41,005 nt of DNA from Fibrobacteria bacterium (GCA_041746255.1 JBGTHM010000062.1:1-41005); one strand, 5' to 3'; numbered from the stretch's first letter, positions 10,288-19,993 are shown. A program made the numbers and translations. Notes: generated from the letters alone by a model not told the origin.

Positions 10288-11190
10288 TTAGTGAGGTGCA
10301 CAGGCCTCTAGGGTTTCCTCTTTTTGAATTCCATCGCGGCCCAAGTGAAAAACGATGGACCCGTGTTCCTCGGTAAGATAAATACGCTCCCCATCTAAAT
10401 GGTAGCGGTTCAGGGCTTCAAGGGTCTCGGGATGGGGGTGGCCATATACCGCGTGTTTCGCGGATATCACCGCCCGGGATGGTGATACCGCCGCGAGAAA
10501 GGGTAATTCACTGGAGGTTTTAGACCCATGGTGGGCTATTTTCAAAATGTCGCAGTCAAGGTCTGGGGAAAGTTGCAATAGCCTTCTTTCGGATTCGGCT
10601 TCGATATCGCCGGTAAACAGGGCGCAGCTTTCACCCATATCCAGTCGTAAAACCGTGGATAGGTCATTTTCTCCGAGAGGGGGTTCCAGCTGGTTTGCGG
10701 CCGGAGTCGGCCATAGGCACGTCAATTTTAGCTCTGGGTGTAAATCCAGAACTTCGCCTCGTACCAGAGTGTCGCGGGGAATTTTCCGTAAATCCGGAGT
10801 GTCAAGCGTCCGATACCAGGTTGAATCCGGATCTCTCGTCAAGGGAAGGTAGACCTTGCGCAAGGGTAATGCGGAAGCCAGGGGCGCAAGGGCTCCATAA
10901 TGATCGCGATGGGCATGACTGATGAAAACCGCTTCCAATTCGTGGATTTCCAGCCTTTTCAAATGGCAGAGTAAAGCTTCGGGTTCATTTCCGACATCGA
11001 TGAGATAAGCCTTCCCGTTCGGTGTGCGGATTAAGGCTGCGTCTCCCTGTCCGATGTCGAAAAAGTGGAGGGTTGCGTGAGATTGGGCGGTTTCCTCGGG
11101 ACGGAGCGAATCACAAGTCCAAAGCCCCAAACCAAGAGCAATTCCAGCGGCAATTCGTACCAACATGAGGTAAAATGAGGAATCGATCAT
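10288..11190 (-). CDS. ComEC/Rec2-type metallo-beta-lactamase-fold hydrolase (stand-alone, exported or lipoprotein)
   Basis: DIGQGDA, SHAHRDHYG, FTGDIE, KIAHHGS and YGHPH motifs. Hydrophobic N-terminus ending LWTC. Start may be 11166. Confidence 0.85.
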   Translation of the reverse strand: MIDSSFYLMLVRIAAGIALGLGLWTCDSLRPEETAQSHATLHFFDIGQGDAALIRTPNGKAYLIDVGNEPEALLCHLKRLEIHELEAVFISHAHRDHYGALAPLASALPLRKVYLPLTRDPDSTWYRTLDTPDLRKIPRDTLVRGEVLDLHPELKLTCLWPTPAANQLEPPLGENDLSTVLRLDMGESCALFTGDIEAESERRLLQLSPDLDCDILKIAHHGSKTSSELPFLAAVSPSRAVISAKHAVYGHPHPETLEALNRYHLDGERIYLTEEHGSIVFHLGRDGIQKEETLEACAPH

Positions 11191-11334
11191 AATGGTCCGG
11201 TAAAGAATTATTATTTTACGGTAACCTAAAGCGCCTGCTTATCGTCTCATAAACCCGATATCCGAGCGCCTGATTCGAAGCGAATTTTTAACGGACGAAA
11301 GCCGGGCGAGTAACACCCGAATGTAACTAATCTG

Positions 11335-12999
11335 ATGGAATTTGGTCGTTACAAAGTTCTCAGTCAACTTGGGCAGGGGGGTATGGCTACGGTCTATCTG
11401 GCCGAAGACCCTTTGCTGCAGCGCCTGGTGGCCATCAAGGTCATCCAATCCCATCTCGCATCCAATAGTGGACTTATCGATCGCTTCATGGTCGAGGCCA
11501 AAACCATTGCCGCCTTGCGGCATATGAATATCGTGGAAGTTTTCGATTTCGGTATCCAGGAAAATCAGCAATACCTGGTTATGGAATATATCGACGGCCA
11601 GAACCTGCAACTGGTGTGCTCGGTTTTGGGTGGCCGGCCCATGCCCAACGAAGTGGCGGCCGCCATTATTTGCCAAGCTGCGGAAGGGCTTACTTCCGCC
11701 GAGAAGTTTAATGTCGTTCATCGCGATATCAAGCCGGAAAATCTGCTTTTCAATTCGGAAGGCACTTTAAAAATCGCCGATTTTGGTATCGCGCATATTC
11801 AAGACGAACAATCCCGAACCCAGACGGGCGCCGTTTTGGGGTCGCCCAATTTCATGTCTCCTGAGCAAATTGAAGGGATTAAGCCCAGTCACAAAACCGA
11901 TTTGTTCGCGTTGGGAGGGGTTTTCTTCTATTGCCTCACGGGACGCATGCCTTTTACGGGGCCCAGTATTCCCGTAACCATGCGCAATATTTGCGACAAT
12001 CCTCTGCCGGATCCCTTTTCCTTCAATCCCGATGCAGACCCCATTCTGGTGGAGTTGGTCAAAACCCTGTTGGAGAAAAAACCCGAACAGCGTGGTGAGG
12101 GTGCCCGATGGCTTGCGAATCGGCTCCGTGCCTATTTGAGTCAAACCGGAATTGTGGATATTGTTGAGGTAGCCAAAACATTTGTCTCTGAGTTGGGAGT
12201 GGGTAACACGACTTTATCCGAAGGATCCCATGGCACGGGTTCTTTGGGTCCGGGGTCCTCACAATCCGGATCGGCCCGCTTTCCTTCCCAAACTCCTCTG
12301 CCCAGGGGCACCACCCTAGCCGGTAGGTCCGGTTGGACAGGGGGGGCTCCTTCCCGTCCGGTTTCAGGAGGCTATCACCCTCAAGCTACGACCGGAGCTC
12401 TGGGTCCTTCCTCCCGCAGTCCCTTATTATGGGTCGGCATGGTGCTTACCACCAGCTTGGTCATTTTGGCGGGCGTATTCGCCTGGACCCATTTCAATGC
12501 TCCTACCCCCCCTTCGACTAGCGCCCTGAGTACCCTTGGGACGGTGGAGGAGAAAAACGTCGGGAGTGTTGAAGCTAAACCGCCGGAACCGGAGATTCTG
12601 GCAACAGCCGATTTTTCGGTAAATCCCATTCCGGAAACAAATCTGGATGCGGCACCGAAACCCAAACCGAAGCCAAACCCGGATCCCGGTCCCCGTCCGA
12701 AACCAAAGCCACAACCGCAGCCGGTGATAACACCTCCTCCCCAGCATGTGCCTAAACAGCCGGATCCACCCTCCGAGGAAAAGAAAATGGCCTTTATCAT
12801 GGTCACCTCAGCGCCCCCTTTCGCTGCGGTCCATATCAATGGACGTCCGGCGGGAGAAACCCCCATGACCGGTTACTTCGAAGTGTCTCCGGGTAGATCC
12901 CGTATCGAACTGATCCACAGGCTTCATCCGCCCTTCGATACGACCGTGCATATGCAACCGGGTGCCCGGACCATTCTCCGCTTCAGGCTTTCGCGATGA
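11335..12999 (+). CDS. Hanks-type Ser/Thr kinase with a TM helix, Pro-rich stalk and C-terminal PEGA-like domain
   Basis: GQGGMATV, VAIK, HRDIKPEN, DFG and MSPEQ. TM segment LLWVGMVL...FAW. Stalk PKPKPKPNPDP. PEGA-like TSAPPFAAVHING...GETP. Confidence 0.92.
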   Translation: MEFGRYKVLSQLGQGGMATVYLAEDPLLQRLVAIKVIQSHLASNSGLIDRFMVEAKTIAALRHMNIVEVFDFGIQENQQYLVMEYIDGQNLQLVCSVLGGRPMPNEVAAAIICQAAEGLTSAEKFNVVHRDIKPENLLFNSEGTLKIADFGIAHIQDEQSRTQTGAVLGSPNFMSPEQIEGIKPSHKTDLFALGGVFFYCLTGRMPFTGPSIPVTMRNICDNPLPDPFSFNPDADPILVELVKTLLEKKPEQRGEGARWLANRLRAYLSQTGIVDIVEVAKTFVSELGVGNTTLSEGSHGTGSLGPGSSQSGSARFPSQTPLPRGTTLAGRSGWTGGAPSRPVSGGYHPQATTGALGPSSRSPLLWVGMVLTTSLVILAGVFAWTHFNAPTPPSTSALSTLGTVEEKNVGSVEAKPPEPEILATADFSVNPIPETNLDAAPKPKPKPNPDPGPRPKPKPQPQPVITPPPQHVPKQPDPPSEEKKMAFIMVTSAPPFAAVHINGRPAGETPMTGYFEVSPGRSRIELIHRLHPPFDTTVHMQPGARTILRFRLSR

Positions 13000-13011
13000 A
13001 AAACGACTGCT

Positions 13012-13040
13012 TTGACGAAAGCAGCCCGGGAATTACCTTT
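13012..13040 (+). promoter_or_regulatory. Putative promoter of the beta-barrel gene, overlapping a hairpin after the kinase gene
   Basis: TTGACG (13012-13017), N16, TACCTT(T). Hairpin CTGCTTT-gacg-AAAGCAG at 13007-13024. Confidence 0.35.
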
Positions 13041-13163
13041 TTCTCTTCGATTGACGAATAACCCTGTTATTCCAGGTTCTCAGAGATAAATTTATCCTGG
13101 AACCAATCCAATTTAAGGCGACGGTCACTTTCGGCCATTCATTCATTCAGGAGTTCCTAACCC

Positions 13164-13874
13164 ATGGCGATTAAAAAAAGCTTGCGATTTACATCCCTCT
13201 TGGCCCTCCTACTATTACCCGGATTGGGAAATTCCCAAGTGCAATTGGTGGAACAGGAAATGTCGGCGATTATCCCGCAAGTGGGTTTCTTGTGGAATAA
13301 GAATATCTCCTCTTTTATGGGTGGCGTGGAATACGTGGTTGAAGGTAGAACTGCTTTGGGAATCCGGGTATCACAGCCCTTAGCAGATACTATCCTTCTC
13401 AATCCAGCCCTACCGGCACTCAAATCCAGGATAATCAATCCTTACGCCGTCTTTGAATTTATCGAGCCCGGCACCCTCTCAATATTCACCTTTTCCATGC
13501 ACGCCGGGTTTACTTGGGTCGAGGCCAGTGGTGAAGGAGCGGATCTGAGCAGCTTCGAAAGAACCATCTACAGCCTGGGCCCACAATTCGGGTTTCGTAT
13601 GCAGGCCAATCCGCATTTCACCTATATCCCCACGGTGGGATACGATTTCCAATTCACAAAATGGGAGCGCAATATTTGGGTTGAAGCCGCGGATTTCCAA
13701 GAGGATACCGATATTTGGCATGATGTAACCGCAGGCGTTTTCCTAATCATCAACATTAACGAATTCCATTCCACCAGCTTAAAGCCTTACTTATCGGTAA
13801 GATTTGGAACCGGCCGGGAAGCCGATGATTTGATCAATGTGGGAATGAACCTGGCGCACGCCTGGAAGTTTTAA
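13164..13874 (+). CDS. Hypothetical outer-membrane beta-barrel protein
   Basis: Signal peptide, alternating amphipathic strands, C-terminal aromatic end (AHAWKF); AGGAG SD. Confidence 0.65.
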   Translation: MAIKKSLRFTSLLALLLLPGLGNSQVQLVEQEMSAIIPQVGFLWNKNISSFMGGVEYVVEGRTALGIRVSQPLADTILLNPALPALKSRIINPYAVFEFIEPGTLSIFTFSMHAGFTWVEASGEGADLSSFERTIYSLGPQFGFRMQANPHFTYIPTVGYDFQFTKWERNIWVEAADFQEDTDIWHDVTAGVFLIININEFHSTSLKPYLSVRFGTGREADDLINVGMNLAHAWKF

Positions 13875-15517
13875 TCCAGACGATAGATTTCCAGTAAAGA
13901 AAAGACCGCTCGCCCCGTGATGTCCGGGGCAGCCATAACCCCCGCTTGGCGGATACCCATGCCGCGGGCATGTAATCGTGATTCCACGATATTGCGTTTA
14001 ACCAGGTATTCTTTAATCGCCAGCGCCCGGTTATGGGAGAGTCCATAAGCCGCCACCTCTTCCACATTCCCCGAAGCGAATGCTTTCAATTCAATCTCAA
14101 CATCGGGATGGCGAAGTAAGAGGCGTGCCAAATCATCTAGGGACCGGTAAGAAACCGGAAGAATCCGGTATCCCAAATCGCTGAATTGAACTTCGGGAAT
14201 GGAAAGCGTTTTGGGGAAAGGCTCGCTTTGCTCTTCCTCGATTTCCGGCTCCGGTGACATTGCTGCGAGCGCTGTCGTATCTTCCACCCAAATGGTGTCG
14301 GGTTCCGGAGGAGGCAAAGGAACGGGTACCACTGCAACGGGTTTTGGCGCCAGGGACGCTCTTTTAAGGGGAGGATAGCATACTTCCTGGGATAATAAAC
14401 CTTGGGCACAGCTGTCCGATTGGCTCAAGACGGCGGTGGTATGGGGCGCATCCATCCCGCAGTCCGGACAAAAACCGGTGCCGGAGTACGTTTGTCCCGG
14501 CACACCATCCGGTTCGGAAGGTACGGTTTCAATACTGAAAAACACTCCCGCCCACAAGCTGAAACCCGGTTGTGCGCGTGCAGTATACCGGAAGGTTCCG
14601 TGACCCTCGACTTCGCGAAAAAATTCGGAACCGGGATTATTAGGCAAAGGAAGCGTGGCTCCTAATTGGAACCGGGCCGCATGGTCGCCGGAGACGACAA
14701 CGCCCAATGAAAGTGATGAATAGTCTGCCCCGATGCGCAGCCCACCTTCTGGAGGCGAGAGAGGAGATTGCGTTTCCCATTCGGCATAAAGAGCCAATAC
14801 GGCTCCCACCTGCCATTCGATTCCGGCATTCAGTAAAAAGAGGTCGCTGGATCCCTCCTGATTATAAATCCTCCATCCCGGCTGGATGTGGAGTTTCAAG
14901 GGTAAAGCCTGAGTCAGTCGGGCGGGATTCAAGGTGAACAGCAGGCGAGTGGAATAGAATGGAGACCCCGAGGAAAATTCCGGTGAAATAGGGAGGGTGT
15001 CCTGAAGGTTTGCCACGGATCGGGGTAAAATTCCTTGTTTTTGGGTGCCAACCGGTATTTCCGCGCTACCGAACAACCCGATATCCACCGGTGAGGTTTT
15101 TCCCAAGGGGACGCGTAGTTTGGCGGCCAGTGCCAATTCGCCCAAACCGGATTGGGTCAATTTTTCCGCATCGGTTTCCGAAATAAAATCCGCGTAAAAG
15201 GGCAGTGAAATTCCCAGGTCCAAAAAGCGGCTGAGTCCCACGGCCGCTGAAAAACGCAAGGACGTACTTTGCAATTGTTGGATAACCAAGGTGTCGGGGA
15301 TCTCCGCCGGATTCGTCGTCCGGTAGCGGAGAAAGGTTTTATCATTTACTTGATTCACGTCGACATGGCCTTCGGCCGCACCTTGGAAAATCAGGCGGCC
15401 ATGCCCCAGCGTTTCTCCCGAATAGGTGCCGCGTACACCCGGCAGACCGTCCAAGGTCACTCCCCCTGCAGCGAAGCCACAAAATCCCAAGCTAAAAAAC
15501 CAAAATATTCGCATCAT
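13871..15517 (-). CDS. OmpA-family protein: N-terminal barrel-like domain, Cys/Pro-rich linker and degenerate OmpA C-terminal domain
   Basis: Signal peptide. C-terminal LSHNRALAIKEYLV...RLHARGMG. Its stop codon overlaps that of the convergent gene in TTAA. Confidence 0.75.
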   Translation of the reverse strand: MMRIFWFFSLGFCGFAAGGVTLDGLPGVRGTYSGETLGHGRLIFQGAAEGHVDVNQVNDKTFLRYRTTNPAEIPDTLVIQQLQSTSLRFSAAVGLSRFLDLGISLPFYADFISETDAEKLTQSGLGELALAAKLRVPLGKTSPVDIGLFGSAEIPVGTQKQGILPRSVANLQDTLPISPEFSSGSPFYSTRLLFTLNPARLTQALPLKLHIQPGWRIYNQEGSSDLFLLNAGIEWQVGAVLALYAEWETQSPLSPPEGGLRIGADYSSLSLGVVVSGDHAARFQLGATLPLPNNPGSEFFREVEGHGTFRYTARAQPGFSLWAGVFFSIETVPSEPDGVPGQTYSGTGFCPDCGMDAPHTTAVLSQSDSCAQGLLSQEVCYPPLKRASLAPKPVAVVPVPLPPPEPDTIWVEDTTALAAMSPEPEIEEEQSEPFPKTLSIPEVQFSDLGYRILPVSYRSLDDLARLLLRHPDVEIELKAFASGNVEEVAAYGLSHNRALAIKEYLVKRNIVESRLHARGMGIRQAGVMAAPDITGRAVFSLLEIYRLD

Positions 15518-15762
15518 CGTAAGTTCCTCTAGTGATGGGGAGCCTCGGGGGTTGCCCTTTCGCCCGGTACGGAAATATAGTTCGGGAAAAGAGAATACCG
15601 ACTGAAAAAAGGTAAGGCGCCACTGCTTTCAGGGGCGGGTGTTACCATTGAATTCCACCTCGAAATGTATCATACTGAATAGGATCCCGCCTCAGCATTT
15701 GCCCAAGGGAATGGTGAGAGGTAAGCTTGCGATGAAAATTCCCCAGTAGGAGCAATTGGGCC

Positions 15763-16623
15763 ATGGCCAAGAGCCCGGAACAGAAGAAAATCGAGCAAAT
15801 CGACAACTTGCCGACGCTTCCCGAAGTGGCGAATAAGTTGTATCGCATCATCAACAATCCTACCACTACGGCATCGGATGTGGCCAATCTTATTTCCCGT
15901 GATGTCAGTCTCACTTCCAAAGTTTTGCGGCTGGCCAATTCGGCCTTTTACGGTATTCCGCGCACGGTGACCACGGTACAGAACGCGGTGGTGATTTTGG
16001 GCTTGAAGGTCATCAATACCATGGTTTTCAGCATAAGCGTCGTCAAGATTTTTCCGGCGGACAGCAACAATGAATTCTTCAGCCGGAAAAAATTCTGGAA
16101 CCACTCCTTGGCTTGCGCGATAATGAGCCGAAGGCTGGCACAGGGCATGAAACGCTTCAGCTTATCCGACCCGGAGGAATGTTTTTGCGCGGGACTGATA
16201 CACGATATCGGTCGGGTGGTGCTTGATCAATATTTCCATGAAAATTTTCTGAAGGCCATTCAACTTGCACATAAGGATAGGATTGCCTTGGTTGAGGCCG
16301 AAGACCGCATATTCGGGTTCAATCATTCCCATGTGGGCGATTGGCTTACCGCCCGTTGGGAGTTACCGGTGGACATCCGTACTCCCATCATCCACCATCA
16401 CTCTCCCGGCGCCGCTGAGCAAGGCAAGGAGATTACTTATTTGGTGCATTTAGCCGATTTTCTTTGCCATGAGGCGGGATATACCCTGCCCGGTATCGAA
16501 GCCTCACCCCCCTTGAATACGGAGGTTGCTGAATACCTCGGACTCACAAAGGAAGATATGGATGCCGCCAAGACTGATTTGGCCGAAGAGTTGAGCATCC
16601 TGCAATCGGCGCTGGAAGTTTGA
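15763..16623 (+). CDS. HDOD-domain protein
   Basis: LPTLPEV, KVLRLANSAFYG, FWNHSL, AGLIHDIG and HSHVGDWL..WELP. Confidence 0.92.
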   Translation: MAKSPEQKKIEQIDNLPTLPEVANKLYRIINNPTTTASDVANLISRDVSLTSKVLRLANSAFYGIPRTVTTVQNAVVILGLKVINTMVFSISVVKIFPADSNNEFFSRKKFWNHSLACAIMSRRLAQGMKRFSLSDPEECFCAGLIHDIGRVVLDQYFHENFLKAIQLAHKDRIALVEAEDRIFGFNHSHVGDWLTARWELPVDIRTPIIHHHSPGAAEQGKEITYLVHLADFLCHEAGYTLPGIEASPPLNTEVAEYLGLTKEDMDAAKTDLAEELSILQSALEV

Positions 16624-16728
16624 ATCTCCCCCCAATTCCCTAGCCGCGGCCCTCCGATTTACTCTGTAGGGTAATCCGACCAGAATGTAATTTAGGGAAA
16701 TGAAGTCAAGGCAAGGGTTGGAGCATTC

Positions 16729-17652
16729 ATGAAATTACCCACGGGATTGCAAATCGAATTGAAAAAAGGCGACCCAGGTTACCTTAAAGGCCGTCTTATT
16801 GCCTTTGTACGCATTGACGGGGCGGCAGAGGAAGGGGCCTCCATGCTCTCCGGAGAAGTAGAAGGTTCCGAAATGGGAGGAAATCCCTTAAGTGCCATGG
16901 TGCGCAACGGAATCCTGGCCGTACAGGCCAATTACGTGGATCAACGGAATATTCGGGACTTTTTCCGGGAAGAGTTCGGTATCTCCCTGGAAAAAGGCAT
17001 CCAGGAAGTGATTGATCAGGCCAAACAAACCGGGGGCCTGGAAGGTGCACTGGATCCCGATGCGGTCAAAGAACGCTTGGAATCCATGAAAAATGCGGAT
17101 TTCATCCCGATTCCAGCCAAAATCGCCTATTTCTCCTCTGAAGAAGAGATGTTGGCCGTCGACGCCGATATCTATTCCCTGGGAACCTTCACTACCATCA
17201 GCCATGCCCATCTCTGCGTGAATTCCTTTCCCATCATGTACCAAGCTTACTTCCGAGAGCAGGAGCATCGTGCCGTGGAACAGGAAATTTCCACCTTGCT
17301 GGAAACCATCGAGAATCCCAAGCAGTCGTCCGAGGGCGAAGGGGTGAAGATTCAGAATTTCGAAGGCGATTTACAGGATTACATGCTTAAGGATTTGCTG
17401 CCGCGCATGATCTACAGCCGCAACAACGAAGCCGAACACAGTTCCGCACTTTCCCAATTCAAATATTTCATGAGCGACTTCGGGTATCCCGACGATACCA
17501 ATGAAATCATCGCATTGGTCGAAACCCTCCATGAAAATCCCGGTAGGCTGCGCAAGCTGGAGCTTTTAGTGGCTAAAATAGAGGCGCTGCAAAAAGAGGA
17601 TTACGAAAAACTGGAAGGAATCAAGAAAGAGTTGGCGCAGCAGGAGAAATAA
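16729..17652 (+). CDS. Hypothetical protein, acidic and helical, with a possible C-terminal UVR-like motif
   Basis: Long ORF with a GGAG SD. Ends ALQKEDYEKLEGIKKEL. Confidence 0.7.
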   Translation: MKLPTGLQIELKKGDPGYLKGRLIAFVRIDGAAEEGASMLSGEVEGSEMGGNPLSAMVRNGILAVQANYVDQRNIRDFFREEFGISLEKGIQEVIDQAKQTGGLEGALDPDAVKERLESMKNADFIPIPAKIAYFSSEEEMLAVDADIYSLGTFTTISHAHLCVNSFPIMYQAYFREQEHRAVEQEISTLLETIENPKQSSEGEGVKIQNFEGDLQDYMLKDLLPRMIYSRNNEAEHSSALSQFKYFMSDFGYPDDTNEIIALVETLHENPGRLRKLELLVAKIEALQKEDYEKLEGIKKELAQQEK

Positions 17653-17669
17653 CCGCCCGATAAATATCT

Positions 17670-18404
17670 TCAGGCCATCCCGGGGCGGAATTCATGGCTT
17701 TCGCAACGACCCTCCCGCATTTCGACATAGTTCAATTTTTCCATCCACTCTCCCGTGCATACATAGCGTCCTTCCGGAAAATCTTTTATAAAAGCCGCGT
17801 GGGTATGTCCGTGCATCACTATGTCGAATCCACGTCCGAGCAGGTCTCGCGCCGCCAGTTCATATTCATCGAGCTTGCGGGGACGGTTATCATGCCTGGC
17901 ACGTGATGCGCCGCTGACTCCGCGTGCCAGGGTCATGCCAAGGTCGGGATGCAGAAGCTTAAAAGAGAAAAGGGAAGCGGGATGGGTCATGATTTTTTTC
18001 GCCCATCGTTGCTTCCAATCGGAGGCGGCCAAGCCATCGCCATGCAGAAGCAGACATTTGCGACCCTGTAAATCCATTTCCACCCGGCTACTATGCGTGT
18101 GCAGCCCCAAATGCTCCTCAAAAAAACGGCCTAGGCTGAAATCGTGGTTACCCGATAAATAATGGACTTCCACCCCGGAGCGCGCCAGCGCCTGCAATGC
18201 GGCCAACACGGCGAAATGCCGTTTGGGAACGAATTGGCGATACTCCATCCAGAACTCAAAAAGGTCGCCTAAAATGAACAGATGGGTGGCTTTTCCATGC
18301 AGGGTTTCCAGAAAATCTCGGAAGCGTAATTCCCTTTCCGGGTAACAGCGCTCCGGGTTGGCGCCAAAATGCAAATCCGAGACGAAATAAATACCCCCGC
18401 TCAT
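17670..18404 (-). CDS. lpxH: UDP-2,3-diacylglucosamine diphosphatase
   Basis: SDLH, GDLFEFW, GNHD, HGD and GHTH metallophosphoesterase motifs. Confidence 0.85.
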   Translation of the reverse strand: MSGGIYFVSDLHFGANPERCYPERELRFRDFLETLHGKATHLFILGDLFEFWMEYRQFVPKRHFAVLAALQALARSGVEVHYLSGNHDFSLGRFFEEHLGLHTHSSRVEMDLQGRKCLLLHGDGLAASDWKQRWAKKIMTHPASLFSFKLLHPDLGMTLARGVSGASRARHDNRPRKLDEYELAARDLLGRGFDIVMHGHTHAAFIKDFPEGRYVCTGEWMEKLNYVEMREGRCESHEFRPGMA

Positions 18405-18463
18405 CAGCCGGCCTTTCTTCGGGGCTGGAATTCATTCCTTCCGGCGGTTAAATTGGAATAATC

Positions 18464-18805
18464 ATGAAAACCACGAAAACGCCTCATCCCATCCACATGT
18501 TCTTTTGCACCAATACCCGAGAAGACAAAAGCCAATCGTGCGGCGACGACGAAACCACCACCTTGTTGGCCGCACAGTTGAAAGAACGTTTCAAAAAAGC
18601 CGGATTGCCGGTGCGCATTACCCGCACGGGATGTCTCGGTCCCTGCGCCCAGGGGCCGAATATCATGATTTTCCCCCAGCAGATTTGGTTGCAAAAAGTT
18701 CATATGCAAGACCTCGAAGAGATTGAAAAACAGGTGGAAGCATTGGCCGCTGCAGGTTATTCCGTCCAACCCGCGAACCGCGATCCGGAAGCTACTGAGG
18801 TTTAA
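18464..18805 (+). CDS. Thioredoxin-like [2Fe-2S] ferredoxin
   Basis: Cys pattern C-x10-C followed by GCLGPC..GP. Confidence 0.85.
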   Translation: MKTTKTPHPIHMFFCTNTREDKSQSCGDDETTTLLAAQLKERFKKAGLPVRITRTGCLGPCAQGPNIMIFPQQIWLQKVHMQDLEEIEKQVEALAAAGYSVQPANRDPEATEV

Positions 18806-18875
18806 AACCCTTACGCCGAATCGCTCGCCCCAGTTCCCGCATCGATCGCAAAGTTACCTCCCGCGAGTCCCCCTA

Positions 18876-19901
18876 TCAAGAAACCCCCGGCTTTTGCCGG
18901 CGGGATTCGATTTCCTGGATAAACTCAGAATAGGCATCGGATTCCAGGAACCCTTGGAGGGATGCTTTTTCAAAATAGGGAGCGAATTCTCCGCTCCAAT
19001 CGAGGTCGGTCGCTTCGGCTACGCGGCTGGAACCCTTTTCCAGGCGTAAATGAAATGCATGAAGCAATTGATGATCCGCTCCAAGCATGCTCTTGTCCGT
19101 GGCATCGAGCATCTCTCCCGCTACCCGCTTTAAGAAGGCTTTACCTCCGCCCCCGTAGAGTTTGTCTCCGATAATGGGGCATCCCACTGCCGCAAGTTGG
19201 GCCCTTAATTGGTGTTTACGTCCCGTCAGGGGAGCCAGCACGACCAGCTGCGTCCCCTCTTTTTCAAGCAGAGTGCGGTATAGGGTGACGCAAAATTTTC
19301 CCGCCTCCGAAGCCACCATTTTGCAATGGATGGGCCCCTGTTTGTCTTCCGACAGGGCATGGCGGAGCTCGCCCCGTCTCTCCGCAAGTGGGCGGGAAAG
19401 TACGGCGACGTAAAGCTTCAGCCAATGCATATCCTCCCGTTCCGGGGCATGCGCGGCAAAGGCCTGCTTACCCCTCGCGAACGCCATAACGCCGCCGGTT
19501 TCGCGGTCGAGACGATGCAAAGGCGACCATGCGGTGTCGTCCAACTCCTCGCGCACCAGGTTGACCAAGGTCTGAAAAAAAATGCGCCCCGTGCGATGTA
19601 CGGGAAGGCCAGCCGGTTTGTGCACCAGCATCAGCCTCTCATCCCGCCACAAAATGCGGAAATCGACGGGAAGGTCGGGCTCTTCGTAATCCACCACCTG
19701 ATAGCGTAGCACATCTCCGTTACCGACGGGAAAGCCGGCATCGCCGGGACGTTCATTGAGGAAGATGCGGCCGGTTTCGATGAGTCGCAGCCATTCCTCG
19801 CTGGGATGATATGTGAATCGGCGCGCAAGGTAAGCGTGCAATGTGGGCTTATCCGTGAGGTTACGGATGCGTACGGTGAAGGAGGAGTTTATGAGGGGCA
19901 C
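18876..19901 (-). CDS. RluA-family RNA pseudouridine synthase
   Basis: KPAGLPVH, HRLDRETGG, TGRKHQLR, PIIGDKLY and LHA motifs. Confidence 0.92.
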   Translation of the reverse strand: MPLINSSFTVRIRNLTDKPTLHAYLARRFTYHPSEEWLRLIETGRIFLNERPGDAGFPVGNGDVLRYQVVDYEEPDLPVDFRILWRDERLMLVHKPAGLPVHRTGRIFFQTLVNLVREELDDTAWSPLHRLDRETGGVMAFARGKQAFAAHAPEREDMHWLKLYVAVLSRPLAERRGELRHALSEDKQGPIHCKMVASEAGKFCVTLYRTLLEKEGTQLVVLAPLTGRKHQLRAQLAAVGCPIIGDKLYGGGGKAFLKRVAGEMLDATDKSMLGADHQLLHAFHLRLEKGSSRVAEATDLDWSGEFAPYFEKASLQGFLESDAYSEFIQEIESRRQKPGVS

Positions 19902-19993
19902 GCGTCTTTAGTCCCTTTCCGGGCCCCGCACGGAGGGTTTCTCTCCTGGGTGCTTCCCGGAAGGGAAAATGCCGGTAAGGCAAGGGCTTCGGG

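Noticed and set aside
12655..12725. Short tandem AAACCC/AAACCG-like repeats
   Set aside because: They are explained by the Pro-Lys coding stalk of the kinase; not a CRISPR array or contingency locus.
15518..15575. Possible c-di-GMP riboswitch upstream of the OmpA-like gene (GGGCGAAAGGGCAACCC on the minus strand)
   Set aside because: The conserved two-stem GEMM architecture could not be built.
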